DNA of 64,000 bases from Alkalispirochaeta sp. Its GTDB lineage: Bacteria > Spirochaetota > Spirochaetia > DSM-27196 > Alkalispirochaetaceae. Each line of letters starts with the position of its first letter. Position 1 is the stretch's first letter. The translations under genes and the position numbers were made by a program. The DNA is taken from NCBI GenBank assembly GCA_965601925.1, contig OZ271854.1:1760001-1824000 (forward strand), given 5' to 3'. Below the pieces are notes generated by a model, which saw nothing but the letters and a program-made list of their open reading frames with translations, ran no database searches and was not told the DNA's origin. Shown here piece by piece: positions 27,879 through 38,088 of this stretch.

Positions 27879-29293
27879 TGAGCAACACACAAGACCGAGA
27901 AGACGGGTTCAGGATCGGCATCGTAAGCGGAAAACTGGGAGGGGTCGACGGCGTCTCTCTGGAGGTGGATAAGTGGATCACCGTGTTGCAACGGCTGGGG
28001 CACGAGGTCTTCTCGATCGCCGGAACGTATACGCAACCGCTCGAGGCGATTCCGGCTGAGAGACAGTTTACCCTTCCCGAGATACGGTTCGACAGCGAGT
28101 TTCAGCGCCACGCTGAGCGACACGTCTTTCCGCACATGACGAGCCAACCCTACCATCCGAGCTCCCTGGAGCTGCATCAGTTAGTCGAACAGATCGAGAC
28201 GCGCGGACGCGAACTCGGGGTCAAGCTTCACGACATCGTGAAGGACCACGGCATTGATGTCCTGATCGGCCAGAACACCAATGCGATGCCGATGACGATC
28301 CTCGGCGGGGTGGCGATGTACTACGTTGCGACGACCCAGCGAGTGGCGACGATTTTTCATCACCACGATTTCTGGTGGGAGCGCAGCCGGTTCTCCAATA
28401 GCCGCATCGAGACGCTTCTCAACCGGATTATGCCGCCGGTAGACCTCGGGTTGGAACACGTCGTGATCTCTTCCTACGCCGCCCACATTCTTGCGTCACT
28501 CAAGCGCGTACAGCCTCACATCATTCCCAACTGCGAGGATTTTGACGCGCCGGTGGTTCCCGACGACTATAACAGCGGGTTTCGTCGCGACTTCGGATTC
28601 ACCGACGACGATATCCTCGTCGTGCAGCCGACACGAATCGTGCCGCGCAAGCGTATCGAGGACTCCGTCGCACTCGTGGGACGGTTGGGGGAACGCTATC
28701 CCGATATGCGCGATCGTTTGCAGTATATCATCTCGCTCTATCAGGGGGACGAACCGGACGAAGATTACGTCGATCTCATTCGGCGACGGGCCTCCGAGAT
28801 GGGTGTTCGGCTTCACGTCATCAGCGATCGCGTCCGGAGTGTGCGAGGCGTCGACGAAGAGGGACGTCCCATCTACACCAATCGCGACGTACTGGCCAAC
28901 GCCGATTTGGTGAGTTACATGCCCATCTGGGAGGGCTTCGGGAACGCGTTACTCGAAGCGGTCGCCGCACGAGTGCCGGTGGTGACCACGACGTACTTAG
29001 TGTACAAGACCGACATCATGACCTCGGGGCTTCGCAACATCGAAGTCAGGGATCGCTACGACGAGTCGGGCGCACTCCGTATCGACGATGCCGTGCTGGA
29101 ACAGATTTACGCCGTCGTCACCGATCGAGCACTCAGACAAGAGATGGTGAATCATAACTTCGAGGTCGGCAAGAAAGAGTTCGGACTCGGGCAACTCGAG
29201 AATCGATTGTACCGTGTGCTCGACGACTACGGTGATGAAATTCGCGCCTCGCGCAAGCGAATCGTCAAGAGCAAGGCGCGCTACTCGGTGTAG
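27878..29293 (+). CDS. GT4 glycosyltransferase, mannosylglucosylglycerate synthase (MggS)-like
   Basis: DGVSLEVDKW, HHHDFWWER, QPTRIVPRKRIE, WEGFGNALLEA; TGATG overlap with lnt. Confidence 0.8.
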   Translation: MSNTQDREDGFRIGIVSGKLGGVDGVSLEVDKWITVLQRLGHEVFSIAGTYTQPLEAIPAERQFTLPEIRFDSEFQRHAERHVFPHMTSQPYHPSSLELHQLVEQIETRGRELGVKLHDIVKDHGIDVLIGQNTNAMPMTILGGVAMYYVATTQRVATIFHHHDFWWERSRFSNSRIETLLNRIMPPVDLGLEHVVISSYAAHILASLKRVQPHIIPNCEDFDAPVVPDDYNSGFRRDFGFTDDDILVVQPTRIVPRKRIEDSVALVGRLGERYPDMRDRLQYIISLYQGDEPDEDYVDLIRRRASEMGVRLHVISDRVRSVRGVDEEGRPIYTNRDVLANADLVSYMPIWEGFGNALLEAVAARVPVVTTTYLVYKTDIMTSGLRNIEVRDRYDESGALRIDDAVLEQIYAVVTDRALRQEMVNHNFEVGKKEFGLGQLENRLYRVLDDYGDEIRASRKRIVKSKARYSV

Positions 29294-29302
29294 GCGTCGA
29301 GG

Positions 29303-30328
29303 CTACGCGCGGCGCTTCGACCGTCGGCGCTGCGGCGGGGCCTTCTCGTCGGCCTCGAAGGTTTCGACCCGGGGGGCCCGCTTTGCGTAGCTCCACAAGA
29401 CGGCGAGTACCAACGCACCGCCTGCGGCCATGATGAGACTCAGGATTTGTCCGGTCGTGATGTTCAACGGAGAGAGAAGGAGCCAGCGCGGATTGTCGAC
29501 CGGACCCCACTGTATGATGAAGTCGAGTCCCGGATCGGGCGAACGAAAGTACTCGGCCGTATATCGTGCCAAGGCGTACCCGACCAGATAGATGCCGATC
29601 ATGAATCCGCGGAACGGTTTTCGCTTTCGCACCATCCACATGATCGCCCACAACAGTACGCCCTCGAGAAACGCTTCGTACAACTGCGACGGGTGTCTGG
29701 GTAGATTGACGAAGCTCTGTCCGGTTATGTCGATGCCGACCTCTTCGGCGACGCGTTGCACCGCCGGATGCGAGGTAGGCACGAGCTCGGCGTGAGGAAA
29801 GAGGACGCCGTAGCGGCGCGACGTGATTCGTCCGTAGAGCTCGCCGTTGATGAAGTTTCCGATCCGTCCGAAGGTGTAGCCCAGGGGAACGGAGGTGATT
29901 ACCACATCGCCCATTTGGAGCACGTCTATTTTTTTTGCCCGGCAGTAGATAATGAACGCGATCACCGCGCCCACGAGTCCGCCGTGATAGCTCATACCCT
30001 GCAGACCACTGAAGTTGCCCTCGCCGTCAAAGGGCCAGAAGATGAGCCACGGCTGTCTGAGATAGCGCCCGGTTGTGTCGTAAATCGTGGTGGCGAAGAT
30101 TCGTGATCCGATGACCAGCCCGATGATCGTCCAAAAAAAGAGGTTCACGACCGTGTCTTTGTCGACGGTGCGGCCTACCGATAGCTCCTGATCGCGTAGT
30201 TGCAACACCGTAAGGCCGTAGGCGACGGCAAAGGCGACGAGATACATCAGGCCGTACCAGCGGATGAATGGAACACCGGGAATTACGAACGGGGATAGCC
30301 ATTCGGGGAAATGTATAAACAAAGGCAT
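29303..30328 (-). CDS. lgt: Prolipoprotein diacylglyceryl transferase
   Basis: IRWYGLMY, GMSYHGG, GRIGNFINGELYGR, RHPSQLYE. Confidence 0.95.
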   Translation of the reverse strand: MPLFIHFPEWLSPFVIPGVPFIRWYGLMYLVAFAVAYGLTVLQLRDQELSVGRTVDKDTVVNLFFWTIIGLVIGSRIFATTIYDTTGRYLRQPWLIFWPFDGEGNFSGLQGMSYHGGLVGAVIAFIIYCRAKKIDVLQMGDVVITSVPLGYTFGRIGNFINGELYGRITSRRYGVLFPHAELVPTSHPAVQRVAEEVGIDITGQSFVNLPRHPSQLYEAFLEGVLLWAIMWMVRKRKPFRGFMIGIYLVGYALARYTAEYFRSPDPGLDFIIQWGPVDNPRWLLLSPLNITTGQILSLIMAAGGALVLAVLWSYAKRAPRVETFEADEKAPPQRRRSKRRA

Positions 30329-30330
30329 GC

Positions 30331-33285
30331 TCAGCTCCCGTTGAGTTCATTGATGTCGATGTTGCCCGTGTGGGGGTTGAACTCCACCGCGATACCCTTG
30401 AAGAGTCTGGTGACTTCAAAGGTCCGCCCGTGGCTCTCGAAGACGGTACCGGAGTACACCTCTCCCCGTATGACAACCTTGCTCGGGAAATGTTGTTCAA
30501 AACGCTCGCGAAGTGTAAAGAGGCGTAAGCCCCTCTTTTCCATCAGCTTGAGCAATTTGACTTTCTCTTGGCGCAGCCCTTTGAGTTGTTCCGTTGCGCC
30601 GGACTTCTCGCTCCTCCGCATCTCCAGATCGACTTGGGTAATGCGTCGCTTAATCTTCTCGATCTCTTTCTCTTCTTTTTCGATCAAGTCGGCGACCAAG
30701 TAGTCCTGTCCGAAGGAGATCGTCGTTTTTACGCCCCGCGGCGACCCGATCGACGCCACATCGATACCGTTGCGCGCACGAATGATTCCTCCCACAACGC
30801 GACCCTTATCCCCTTGGAACGTAATGCGGCCGTTGCACTTAATGCGCGATCGTACGACGGCGGTCTTGAGCACGACGTCACCTACCGACAACAGTGTAGC
30901 GAGCTCGACAAAGGGGCTCATGATGTTGCGCTTGCTGCGCAGGACCGCTTTCCCGGACCCCTTGATGCCCTGTTTAATCGTAATATCACCTTCGGAGGAG
31001 AGGAGCGCCGCCTCGACGCTGCCGTCTATTTTGATGTCCCCTCCCGACATGACGTAGAATCCGCTTTTGACCGTCCCGGCGACGATGACCGAACCGGGAA
31101 ACTTGATATTCCCGACTCCCATATCGACGTCCCCCGAAACGGTATGGGTGGTGCGTACTTCGATACGATTCCGTTCGTGCAGAAACTCGCCCTTCGTCGT
31201 TGAGCGAAGTACGATGCTGCCGTCCTGTTGTTCATCTCGCGCAATGTTCTCGCCGATCTCCAGCTGTACATCGCCGCTTTTGCGCGCCGGAATCGACTGG
31301 CCCAGCACGTCGGTACCGTCTACCGCCGCTTGTTGCGATGGAAGGATGCGGCACACCGGTTGATTGGCCTCGACGGTAACGATATCGGTGTGCGTCTTGT
31401 AGTCGGCGGTTCCGTCACCTCGAATGCGTACCTTGTGGTCGACCCCGCCGCCCACCAGAAACTCCAAACGATTCTCGCTCTGATCGACCGGATCGGTGCC
31501 CTCGGCCACCGGTACGCGCTCCACGACGGTACCCGCATTGGCCGCCTTGAGCGCCTTGTCGATGACCTCGTCCCGTACCCCGTGTACGACTCCGGCATTT
31601 TGGAGGGCGTCGCGCACTCGAGTCGCGGTAAGGCGGGCCCCCGTTCCGACCCCCTCCTTGAGTGTTAGGAGAGCTCGCATCCGGTCGGTGTTGATATCGA
31701 CCGACACGAGCGCGTCGATATGCGTCCGTATACGAAGGTAGTACTCACCCTCGATCTCCGCGTAATCGAGCAATCCGGGAGTTGTGGTAACGATGATGTC
31801 GTTCTTGCGGCTGAGGCCTTCGTGCAGGTGAAAACTCGGTTCCACCCCCGATATCGCCGGAATCGTCCCTCCGTAGACGTCGACACCCGGATCGCCGGGG
31901 GTCTCAGGGTCGATGGTACAAACGAGTTGCTCCGCTTCCACCACCGCCGTTTTTTGTATCGCCTGCGCCGGAAACTCCTCGAGCGATCCGGCAATATCTC
32001 CCGGTGCGGCGGCACTCAGTCCCGCCTTGTGTTTTTCAGTCTCCTCAGGAGGGGCGAATCGAACGGCAAACTCGACCTGACGTTCCGGTCCGGGTTTCGG
32101 CGGCGTGCCTTCCGCGAGAACGTATCCGGTCAAATCGAAGTGCGCACCGTCGTAGAACTCCTTGATATCCGCACCGATCCGCTTGAAGTCGAGCCCTTTC
32201 AGGTTGCTGCTTTTGATCGCTGAGCCCACCTCTTTCAGATTGAGGGGCTTTCCGCGTCCTTTTCCTTTGTGAATGTTGAGTACCGCTTGGAGTTTATCCG
32301 GAGTAACGAAGATATCGAAGGAGGCGTCGCGGGAGAGCGTAATGGGGAGATGCACCGCTTCCCCGTCGGCGATCCGGCTCTCGATAAGGGCGGTCAGATC
32401 GTCCTCTTCCATCAGCGACTCTTCGGGGTAGGGGAGTGCGATCGCCGCGTCTCTGATCGCTCTCGCCGACGGCATATCCGCGTCTTGATGCCCCGGCGTG
32501 AGAGAGAGATAGCACGTCGCGTTGTCCCGGCTAAGCTCCACCGACCACCGGTGTACGGAAAAGGGAACGATATCCACCCAGTTGCGCCCGACGCGTAGAA
32601 AGCCGTCGGCGCCGGCGACCAGATCGGCGCCCGTGCGTGTCACGTTGTCGCCGGGGTAGAAGCCGGGATCGGTCAGCTGTTTTACCGGGATCGTATGGCC
32701 GAAGATGTCTCGACCGGGGATGCCCGTACGACGAGCCTCGACGCGTCCGATGACTCGTCCCGTCTCAACGAAGAACGTGCGTTCCACGGCCGGGTCGATG
32801 TACACTTTCTCGCGACGCTTCACCGTCTCGGTCACCGTGATCGTCTCGGTCGTACTTTGGCGAAACGGCAACCGCCCCTTTTTTACGACTTGTTTTTCCC
32901 TTTGAACTTTCTCCTGGACCTCGCGGTGTATCGTGGGGGACTGAGCCTTTTCGAGGACGCGATCCCTCACCGGGACGAGCTCCTCGGGCATTGCAAGCTC
33001 CTCGGACCACTCGACGCGGTCGGCCGTTGCGATTTGAGGCTCGACACCCTCTAAAACGATTTCACTATAGGCGCCCCCGTCCGCGACGGCTTTTTTGAAG
33101 AACGCCCCCAGTCGGTCCGGCGGCGGCAGAGTCCGGAGTCCGCGTTCGGTGAGCGCCGAGGCGAGACGCTCGGTATCCCACCTATCGCCGTCGTTACTCG
33201 ACTCGAAGGTCAGCGTAAGAGATACCGCGGGATCGGGAATGTCGACTTTCAGCACGCCTCTGACGTGGTTAGCCTGATCGGACAT
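30331..33285 (-). CDS. FapA family (DUF342) protein, long multi-repeat form
   Basis: Repeated G.D.FG..I segments; VSGDVDMGVGNIKFPGSV beta-helix; coiled coil; VIRGEVYSGT C-terminus. Confidence 0.85.
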   Translation of the reverse strand: MSDQANHVRGVLKVDIPDPAVSLTLTFESSNDGDRWDTERLASALTERGLRTLPPPDRLGAFFKKAVADGGAYSEIVLEGVEPQIATADRVEWSEELAMPEELVPVRDRVLEKAQSPTIHREVQEKVQREKQVVKKGRLPFRQSTTETITVTETVKRREKVYIDPAVERTFFVETGRVIGRVEARRTGIPGRDIFGHTIPVKQLTDPGFYPGDNVTRTGADLVAGADGFLRVGRNWVDIVPFSVHRWSVELSRDNATCYLSLTPGHQDADMPSARAIRDAAIALPYPEESLMEEDDLTALIESRIADGEAVHLPITLSRDASFDIFVTPDKLQAVLNIHKGKGRGKPLNLKEVGSAIKSSNLKGLDFKRIGADIKEFYDGAHFDLTGYVLAEGTPPKPGPERQVEFAVRFAPPEETEKHKAGLSAAAPGDIAGSLEEFPAQAIQKTAVVEAEQLVCTIDPETPGDPGVDVYGGTIPAISGVEPSFHLHEGLSRKNDIIVTTTPGLLDYAEIEGEYYLRIRTHIDALVSVDINTDRMRALLTLKEGVGTGARLTATRVRDALQNAGVVHGVRDEVIDKALKAANAGTVVERVPVAEGTDPVDQSENRLEFLVGGGVDHKVRIRGDGTADYKTHTDIVTVEANQPVCRILPSQQAAVDGTDVLGQSIPARKSGDVQLEIGENIARDEQQDGSIVLRSTTKGEFLHERNRIEVRTTHTVSGDVDMGVGNIKFPGSVIVAGTVKSGFYVMSGGDIKIDGSVEAALLSSEGDITIKQGIKGSGKAVLRSKRNIMSPFVELATLLSVGDVVLKTAVVRSRIKCNGRITFQGDKGRVVGGIIRARNGIDVASIGSPRGVKTTISFGQDYLVADLIEKEEKEIEKIKRRITQVDLEMRRSEKSGATEQLKGLRQEKVKLLKLMEKRGLRLFTLRERFEQHFPSKVVIRGEVYSGTVFESHGRTFEVTRLFKGIAVEFNPHTGNIDINELNGS

Positions 33286-33326
33286 AACTCATGCACACCG
33301 TAACCAATTTTTACTACAATATTGCG

Positions 33327-34472
33327 TCAGCTTCCAAAACCTTTTTGCATTGCCGTCACAAGTTTCGATTTGTACAGGCTGTTTTGGCGCTTCAGCTGCA
33401 CAATTTCGTGATGTTGGCTCTTAATCGTCTCGATGAGATCGCCGGTCGACAGCGCCCCCGCGTTGAGGAGTTCTTCGATATAGCTCAGTCTGCTATCGAA
33501 GTCCTGTGCCGCTTCCGAGCCCGCCGCATCAAAGGAATCGTCGATCGCCTCGATATCGATGAAGGTCTCATCATCCTCCCCGCCGAGCGATGCCACCTTG
33601 TCGGCGATACGATAGATCGCCTGGGACAAGATCGACGACGGTTTGTAGCGGACGATCGGCAGACGCGCGGTGAGCGCCGTATCCTGCAAGCTGTCCCGAT
33701 AGATGATCCCCATGTGGAGAAGGTCGAGATCGAGGTACTGTTGTGTGCTTCTCCGCAAGCGGTTGACCGTCTCGGCGTCCTGCGGGTCGTCGAGCATGTT
33801 GAGGATCAAGCGGGGATGAAAGCGCTGCATCGTCGTGCGATACGTCTGTGCCGCCTCTCCGTCGCACGAGGCGAGCCCCTCTACGATCTCAGGAATGTAA
33901 ATCCGCTGCAAGTTGCTGCGATTTTTCAGCAAGTTCTTGAGATACTCTTCTCCGGGGGTCTTCGATTTCACTGAGCGTTGAAGAATGCGAAATACGACGT
34001 TCTTCAGAAAAAGGTACGCGTTAACAGTCGCGGTCGGCGTCGGCGTCGTGACGATGATGCCCTGTCCCGATATCAGAAAAAAATCGAGGATATTTTGGGT
34101 CGTACCCGCGCCGAGATCGAGGATGAGATAGTCGGCGTCGATCGACGTCAGACGGCGGATCAGCATTCGTTTTTGCGCCGCGCTCAGGTTTGCCAAGCCC
34201 GGAATCTCGGCGTCACCGGGAATAAACCGTAGATTGGGAATGTCGGTTGCGTTGATGATAGTGCTGAAGTCCTCGCCTTTGCGGCCGAGGAAACTTCCGA
34301 TCGACGGACCGTTGACGCGCGAACCCAAGATAAGGTGGAGGTTGGAGGCTCCGAGATCGAGATCGGCCAACACGACGCGATGGCCCGCTTGTGCTAAGGC
34401 GATGGCGAGGTTGGCCGCCACCAGGGATTTCCCGACGCCGCCTTTACCGCTCGCAATGGGCACGATCTGCAT
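33327..34472 (-). CDS. MinD/FlhG-like P-loop ATPase with a C-terminal extension
   Basis: IASGKGGVGKS deviant Walker A, DLDLGASN, LDLGAG; GGAG before ATG 34472. Confidence 0.85.
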   Translation of the reverse strand: MQIVPIASGKGGVGKSLVAANLAIALAQAGHRVVLADLDLGASNLHLILGSRVNGPSIGSFLGRKGEDFSTIINATDIPNLRFIPGDAEIPGLANLSAAQKRMLIRRLTSIDADYLILDLGAGTTQNILDFFLISGQGIIVTTPTPTATVNAYLFLKNVVFRILQRSVKSKTPGEEYLKNLLKNRSNLQRIYIPEIVEGLASCDGEAAQTYRTTMQRFHPRLILNMLDDPQDAETVNRLRRSTQQYLDLDLLHMGIIYRDSLQDTALTARLPIVRYKPSSILSQAIYRIADKVASLGGEDDETFIDIEAIDDSFDAAGSEAAQDFDSRLSYIEELLNAGALSTGDLIETIKSQHHEIVQLKRQNSLYKSKLVTAMQKGFGS

Positions 34473-34617
34473 TGATACTACTCCAGTTATTCGATATTTT
34501 TCCGATTGCAATGAAACCGAATGCGGGTTCAACATGACTCGCGGAACATCCTGACACCCTCATATAATAACAGAAACAAAACACTGAGACATCGTCTCCA
34601 TGAGATATCGGGGGGCG

Positions 34618-34647
34618 AGGTTGTGTATATTCAAGGTTGTGTATATT
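34618..34647 (+). repeat. Perfect 14-bp direct repeat in the flhG-like/ctpA divergent region
   Basis: AGGTTGTGTATATT at 34618-34631 and 34634-34647. Confidence 0.85.
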
Positions 34648-34666
34648 AATGGATACAGGAGGCCAC

Positions 34667-36058
34667 ATGAATCGACCGAAGAGTTCCGCCAGGCCGATAC
34701 TCTGGATCGGCATATCGGCGGTCTTTGCCGCGCTCATACTCATTTTAGCCGCCGCTCCCACCGCCGAAGCGCAGGGATCACAGGGCGAGTCTGAGCGGGC
34801 ACTCGGCCTTTTTGAGCAGGTATACCGTTTCATTCAGCGTAACTACGTAGATGAAGTAGACCCGGAGGTCCTCATAGAGGGCGCGCTTCAGGGAATGTTC
34901 GAGGCTCTCGACGATCCCCATTCGGCGTACCTTGATATGGAAGAGATGCGCGGGCTCACCGACACGACGAGCGGAGAGTTCGGCGGCGTCGGTATGTACA
35001 TCAGTAAGCCGGCCGGCGAGGCGGGTTTGGGTTCGTTTATCGAGATCGTCTCACCGATCGAGGACACCCCGGCGTATCGAGCCGGTATACGCTCCGGCGA
35101 TAGGATCATGGAGGTTGAAGGTACCTCCACCGCCGATTTATCGAGCGACGAGGTCGTTGATTTGTTGCGCGGGCGCCCCGGCACCGAGGTGCTCCTCACG
35201 ATCCTTCGCGGTGAAGACGTAGCGTTTCCCGTGACGCTGGAGCGCGCGATCATACGTGTACCCACCGTCAAGTGGGCTATGATCGACGACGGCATCGCAT
35301 TTCTACGGGTAATCCAGTTTACGCCGTTCACCGACGACAGAATCCGCGACGCGATTGCCGAGTTCGATGAGGCGGGATACGAGTCCATGATCATCGATCT
35401 GCGTTCCAATCCCGGTGGACTCTTGAGCGGTGTGGTCGACGTGGCGAGTATGTTCTTCGACGGCGGTCTCGTCGTTGAAACGCGCGGGCGCATCGCGAGC
35501 GAGAATCAGCGCTTTTCCGCCGCCTCGGGACAACTCGTCCCCGACGATATCGAGATAGCGGTACTCATCGACGATGGGTCGGCTTCCGCCGCCGAGATTC
35601 TCGCCGCGGCACTCAAGGATCGCGATCGCGCCACGTTGATCGGGCAGACGAGTTACGGAAAGGGCTCCGTCCAACAGGTCAGGACGGTCGGCACGGCCGG
35701 GTTTCGTCTCACCATGGCGCGATACTTCACGCCTCGGGGCACAAACATCGATGAGATCGGCGTCGAGCCGGATATCTTCGTTGAGGAACCGGAGCTCGAC
35801 GAGACGGAACAGGAATCGTACGTACGTCTGCGCGAAGAGGAGCGCGTGATCAATTTCATCGATCGCGTCGGCGAGCCCTCCGAAGATCAGCTGCGAGGGT
35901 TCATCGGCGAGCTGTCGGCGGACGGCATCTCCCTCAACGAGCGATATGTTCGTCGACTCGTTCGCATAGAGGTAAATCGCGTACTCAATCGCAGCGAGGT
36001 ATTTGATCTCGACTACGACATTGCCCTCCGGCGCGCGGTTGAGTTCTTGAGAAACTGA
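34667..36058 (+). CDS. ctpA: Carboxy-terminal processing protease (S41A)
   Basis: LDDPHSAY, PDZ FGGVGM, IDLRSNPGG, SASAAE, SYGKGSVQ; AGGAGG RBS. Confidence 0.93.
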   Translation: MNRPKSSARPILWIGISAVFAALILILAAAPTAEAQGSQGESERALGLFEQVYRFIQRNYVDEVDPEVLIEGALQGMFEALDDPHSAYLDMEEMRGLTDTTSGEFGGVGMYISKPAGEAGLGSFIEIVSPIEDTPAYRAGIRSGDRIMEVEGTSTADLSSDEVVDLLRGRPGTEVLLTILRGEDVAFPVTLERAIIRVPTVKWAMIDDGIAFLRVIQFTPFTDDRIRDAIAEFDEAGYESMIIDLRSNPGGLLSGVVDVASMFFDGGLVVETRGRIASENQRFSAASGQLVPDDIEIAVLIDDGSASAAEILAAALKDRDRATLIGQTSYGKGSVQQVRTVGTAGFRLTMARYFTPRGTNIDEIGVEPDIFVEEPELDETEQESYVRLREEERVINFIDRVGEPSEDQLRGFIGELSADGISLNERYVRRLVRIEVNRVLNRSEVFDLDYDIALRRAVEFLRN

Positions 36059-36068
36059 ACGTTAGCCG

Positions 36069-36851
36069 GTGAAGCAACTGGTCGTCGACGTCCTGCCTCC
36101 CGCGGGAGGGCGGATCCGTCTGAGCGCTGAGCAGAGTCGGTATCTGGTGCGCGTTCGTCGGATGGTCGTCGGGAACGAGCTTCCGTGCACGGACGGTCGA
36201 GGTACGGCGGGAACGGCGCGTATCGTCGCGGTCGATGGAGAACGATCGGCGGAAGTTACGATAGAAGTCGTCGACTCATCCCCGCGCGAGACGGTCGAGA
36301 CGTACGCGCCCCGTTCTACGCTCTACACCGCCCTACTCAAGGGGAAGAAGACCGACCTCGCAATCCGACAGGCGACGGAGCTCGGTATCGATCGGATCGT
36401 GCCGTTTTTAACCGAACATTGCGTCAGCAGGCCCGGTCCGGACGATCTCCGGCGTAAAGGGCGGCGGTGGGAAGAGATCGCCCGCGAAGCGACGCAACAG
36501 TCCGGACGCGTCCACGTGCCGGAGATCGCGATGGGCGAACCCTTCGCGCGTCTCGCCGAGCCTCGTCCGATGCACACACTCTCATTGGTGTTTTATGAGA
36601 GGGCCTCGGCGGTCGTCGGCCTCGCTACGCTTCCTGCGATACCCAATCTCGAGTCGATAGAAGCGTTGGTCGGGCCGGAAGGGGGCCTGTCCGCCCGTGA
36701 GGTAGAGATGCTGTCGGCTGCGGGATGGATCGCGGTACGCATGCCCGTTCCGATTCTACGCGCCGAAACTGCCGTCGTGGCGGCCGCAACACTTGTGCAG
36801 CACCTTCGAAGCGAATACACTGCGCGCTGTTTAGGAGATCAATCTCTATGA
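36069..36851 (+). CDS. rsmE: 16S rRNA m3U1498 methyltransferase
   Basis: ATELG, EATQQSGR, VGPEGGLS, ILRAETA. Confidence 0.9.
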   Translation: MKQLVVDVLPPAGGRIRLSAEQSRYLVRVRRMVVGNELPCTDGRGTAGTARIVAVDGERSAEVTIEVVDSSPRETVETYAPRSTLYTALLKGKKTDLAIRQATELGIDRIVPFLTEHCVSRPGPDDLRRKGRRWEEIAREATQQSGRVHVPEIAMGEPFARLAEPRPMHTLSLVFYERASAVVGLATLPAIPNLESIEALVGPEGGLSAREVEMLSAAGWIAVRMPVPILRAETAVVAAATLVQHLRSEYTARCLGDQSL

Positions 36852-37549
36852 CACGCGCAAACCAGCTTTTTTTTGGAGTACCCGTCGTCGAGGAGAGTCC
36901 CGACTCGCTGGCCGATTCTTGGGGCCGGGGACGAGAACACTTTTCCATCCTGGTATTTACCAATCTTCCGCTCCTGTGGCGCCTCGTTCGATCACGCTCG
37001 ACGAAACGTTTCCTCGCGGCGTGCAACGGCCGGATCGTACCGTCATCTTCGGCCGCCGGACGACAGGTGCGCCTCGCAACCGGCCGCCGCGTCGGCGCGT
37101 TTCCCGAGTTGCAGAGCTTGGTCAGAATCATGGCTCGTGTTGAGGCGGACAAGGCGGCGATTTACCTCGTAGGACGAGCGCCGGACGATCTCCAACGCAT
37201 GGAGCAGAACGTACGCGCGACATTTCCCTCGGCGCGTATCGTGGGACGGGTCGTCTTTCACCCCGCAAATCTCGAGTCGATCACGACGGCGATCCGCAAG
37301 GCGGCTCCGCGAATCGTCGTGGCAAGCCTCGACTCGCCGCGCCTGTTTTCGTGGTTGAGGGCGCACGCTCGCGATCTGGGCGCGGTGTTGTGCGTCATCG
37401 CTCCCCGCGCCACTGCGCGCATGGCCGGCAGAAACCCGACTCCGCGCCTCGATCAGATTCTCATGTCTCCGGGGCGCGTACTCGTTGCTCCGGTTTTGCT
37501 CGTTCATCGTCTGGTGATCAGTCGTCGGATGAAAAGACAGACAGCTTGA
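36848..37549 (+). CDS. Divergent WecB/TagA/CpsF family glycosyltransferase-like protein
   Basis: IYLVG...LQRMEQNVRATFPSARIVG and IRKAAPRIVVASL resemble the family; ATGA overlap with rsmE. Confidence 0.55.
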   Translation: MTRANQLFFGVPVVEESPDSLADSWGRGREHFSILVFTNLPLLWRLVRSRSTKRFLAACNGRIVPSSSAAGRQVRLATGRRVGAFPELQSLVRIMARVEADKAAIYLVGRAPDDLQRMEQNVRATFPSARIVGRVVFHPANLESITTAIRKAAPRIVVASLDSPRLFSWLRAHARDLGAVLCVIAPRATARMAGRNPTPRLDQILMSPGRVLVAPVLLVHRLVISRRMKRQTA

Positions 37550-37976
37550 GATACTCATAGACCACCGGTAGACGCTCCCGGTGGCGGCGTACGAATACCG
37601 CTGCACAGACCTGTCTACCGGGCGGAAGATACAAGAGAATGCCGATAGCGTCGCTCGCAAAGCCGGGTAATACCAACAGCGTCGCGGCCGCGACAAGTGC
37701 CGCGAGTTCAGCGTATCCCGACGGACGATACGCGCCGCTACGCGCCTCGTTTCGCAGTTGCCGTATCTGTTTTCCTATTGAGCTTCCGACAATCACGATA
37801 GCGGCGATCGCCACGATCCCCTCTGTCGCCAGAGCCAGATAGACCCCGGATTGTCGCGCCAGGCGTACCAAGAGCCACCCGTCGAGTAACATGACCAGTC
37901 CGAGCGCGAGTACGTCGGAGAAGAATCGAACGAGGTGTCTACGACTGGTAAACAACACCAACCACTCGGGATTCAC
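37518..37976 (-). CDS. fxsA: FxsA family membrane protein
   Basis: LLVLPGFASDAIGILLYLP matches the FxsA LL..PGF.TD..G motif. Confidence 0.75.
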   Translation of the reverse strand: MNPEWLVLFTSRRHLVRFFSDVLALGLVMLLDGWLLVRLARQSGVYLALATEGIVAIAAIVIVGSSIGKQIRQLRNEARSGAYRPSGYAELAALVAAATLLVLPGFASDAIGILLYLPPGRQVCAAVFVRRHRERLPVVYEYLKLSVFSSDD

Positions 37977-38088
37977 CGTAATATCTCCGGCTACACTCTA
38001 TTATCTCCGTCTCATACTGAAAATAGGAAAGAATCCGGAAAGCAGGTTGACACCAAAAAAGAATTTCAGAAAGATATAACAAAGATTA

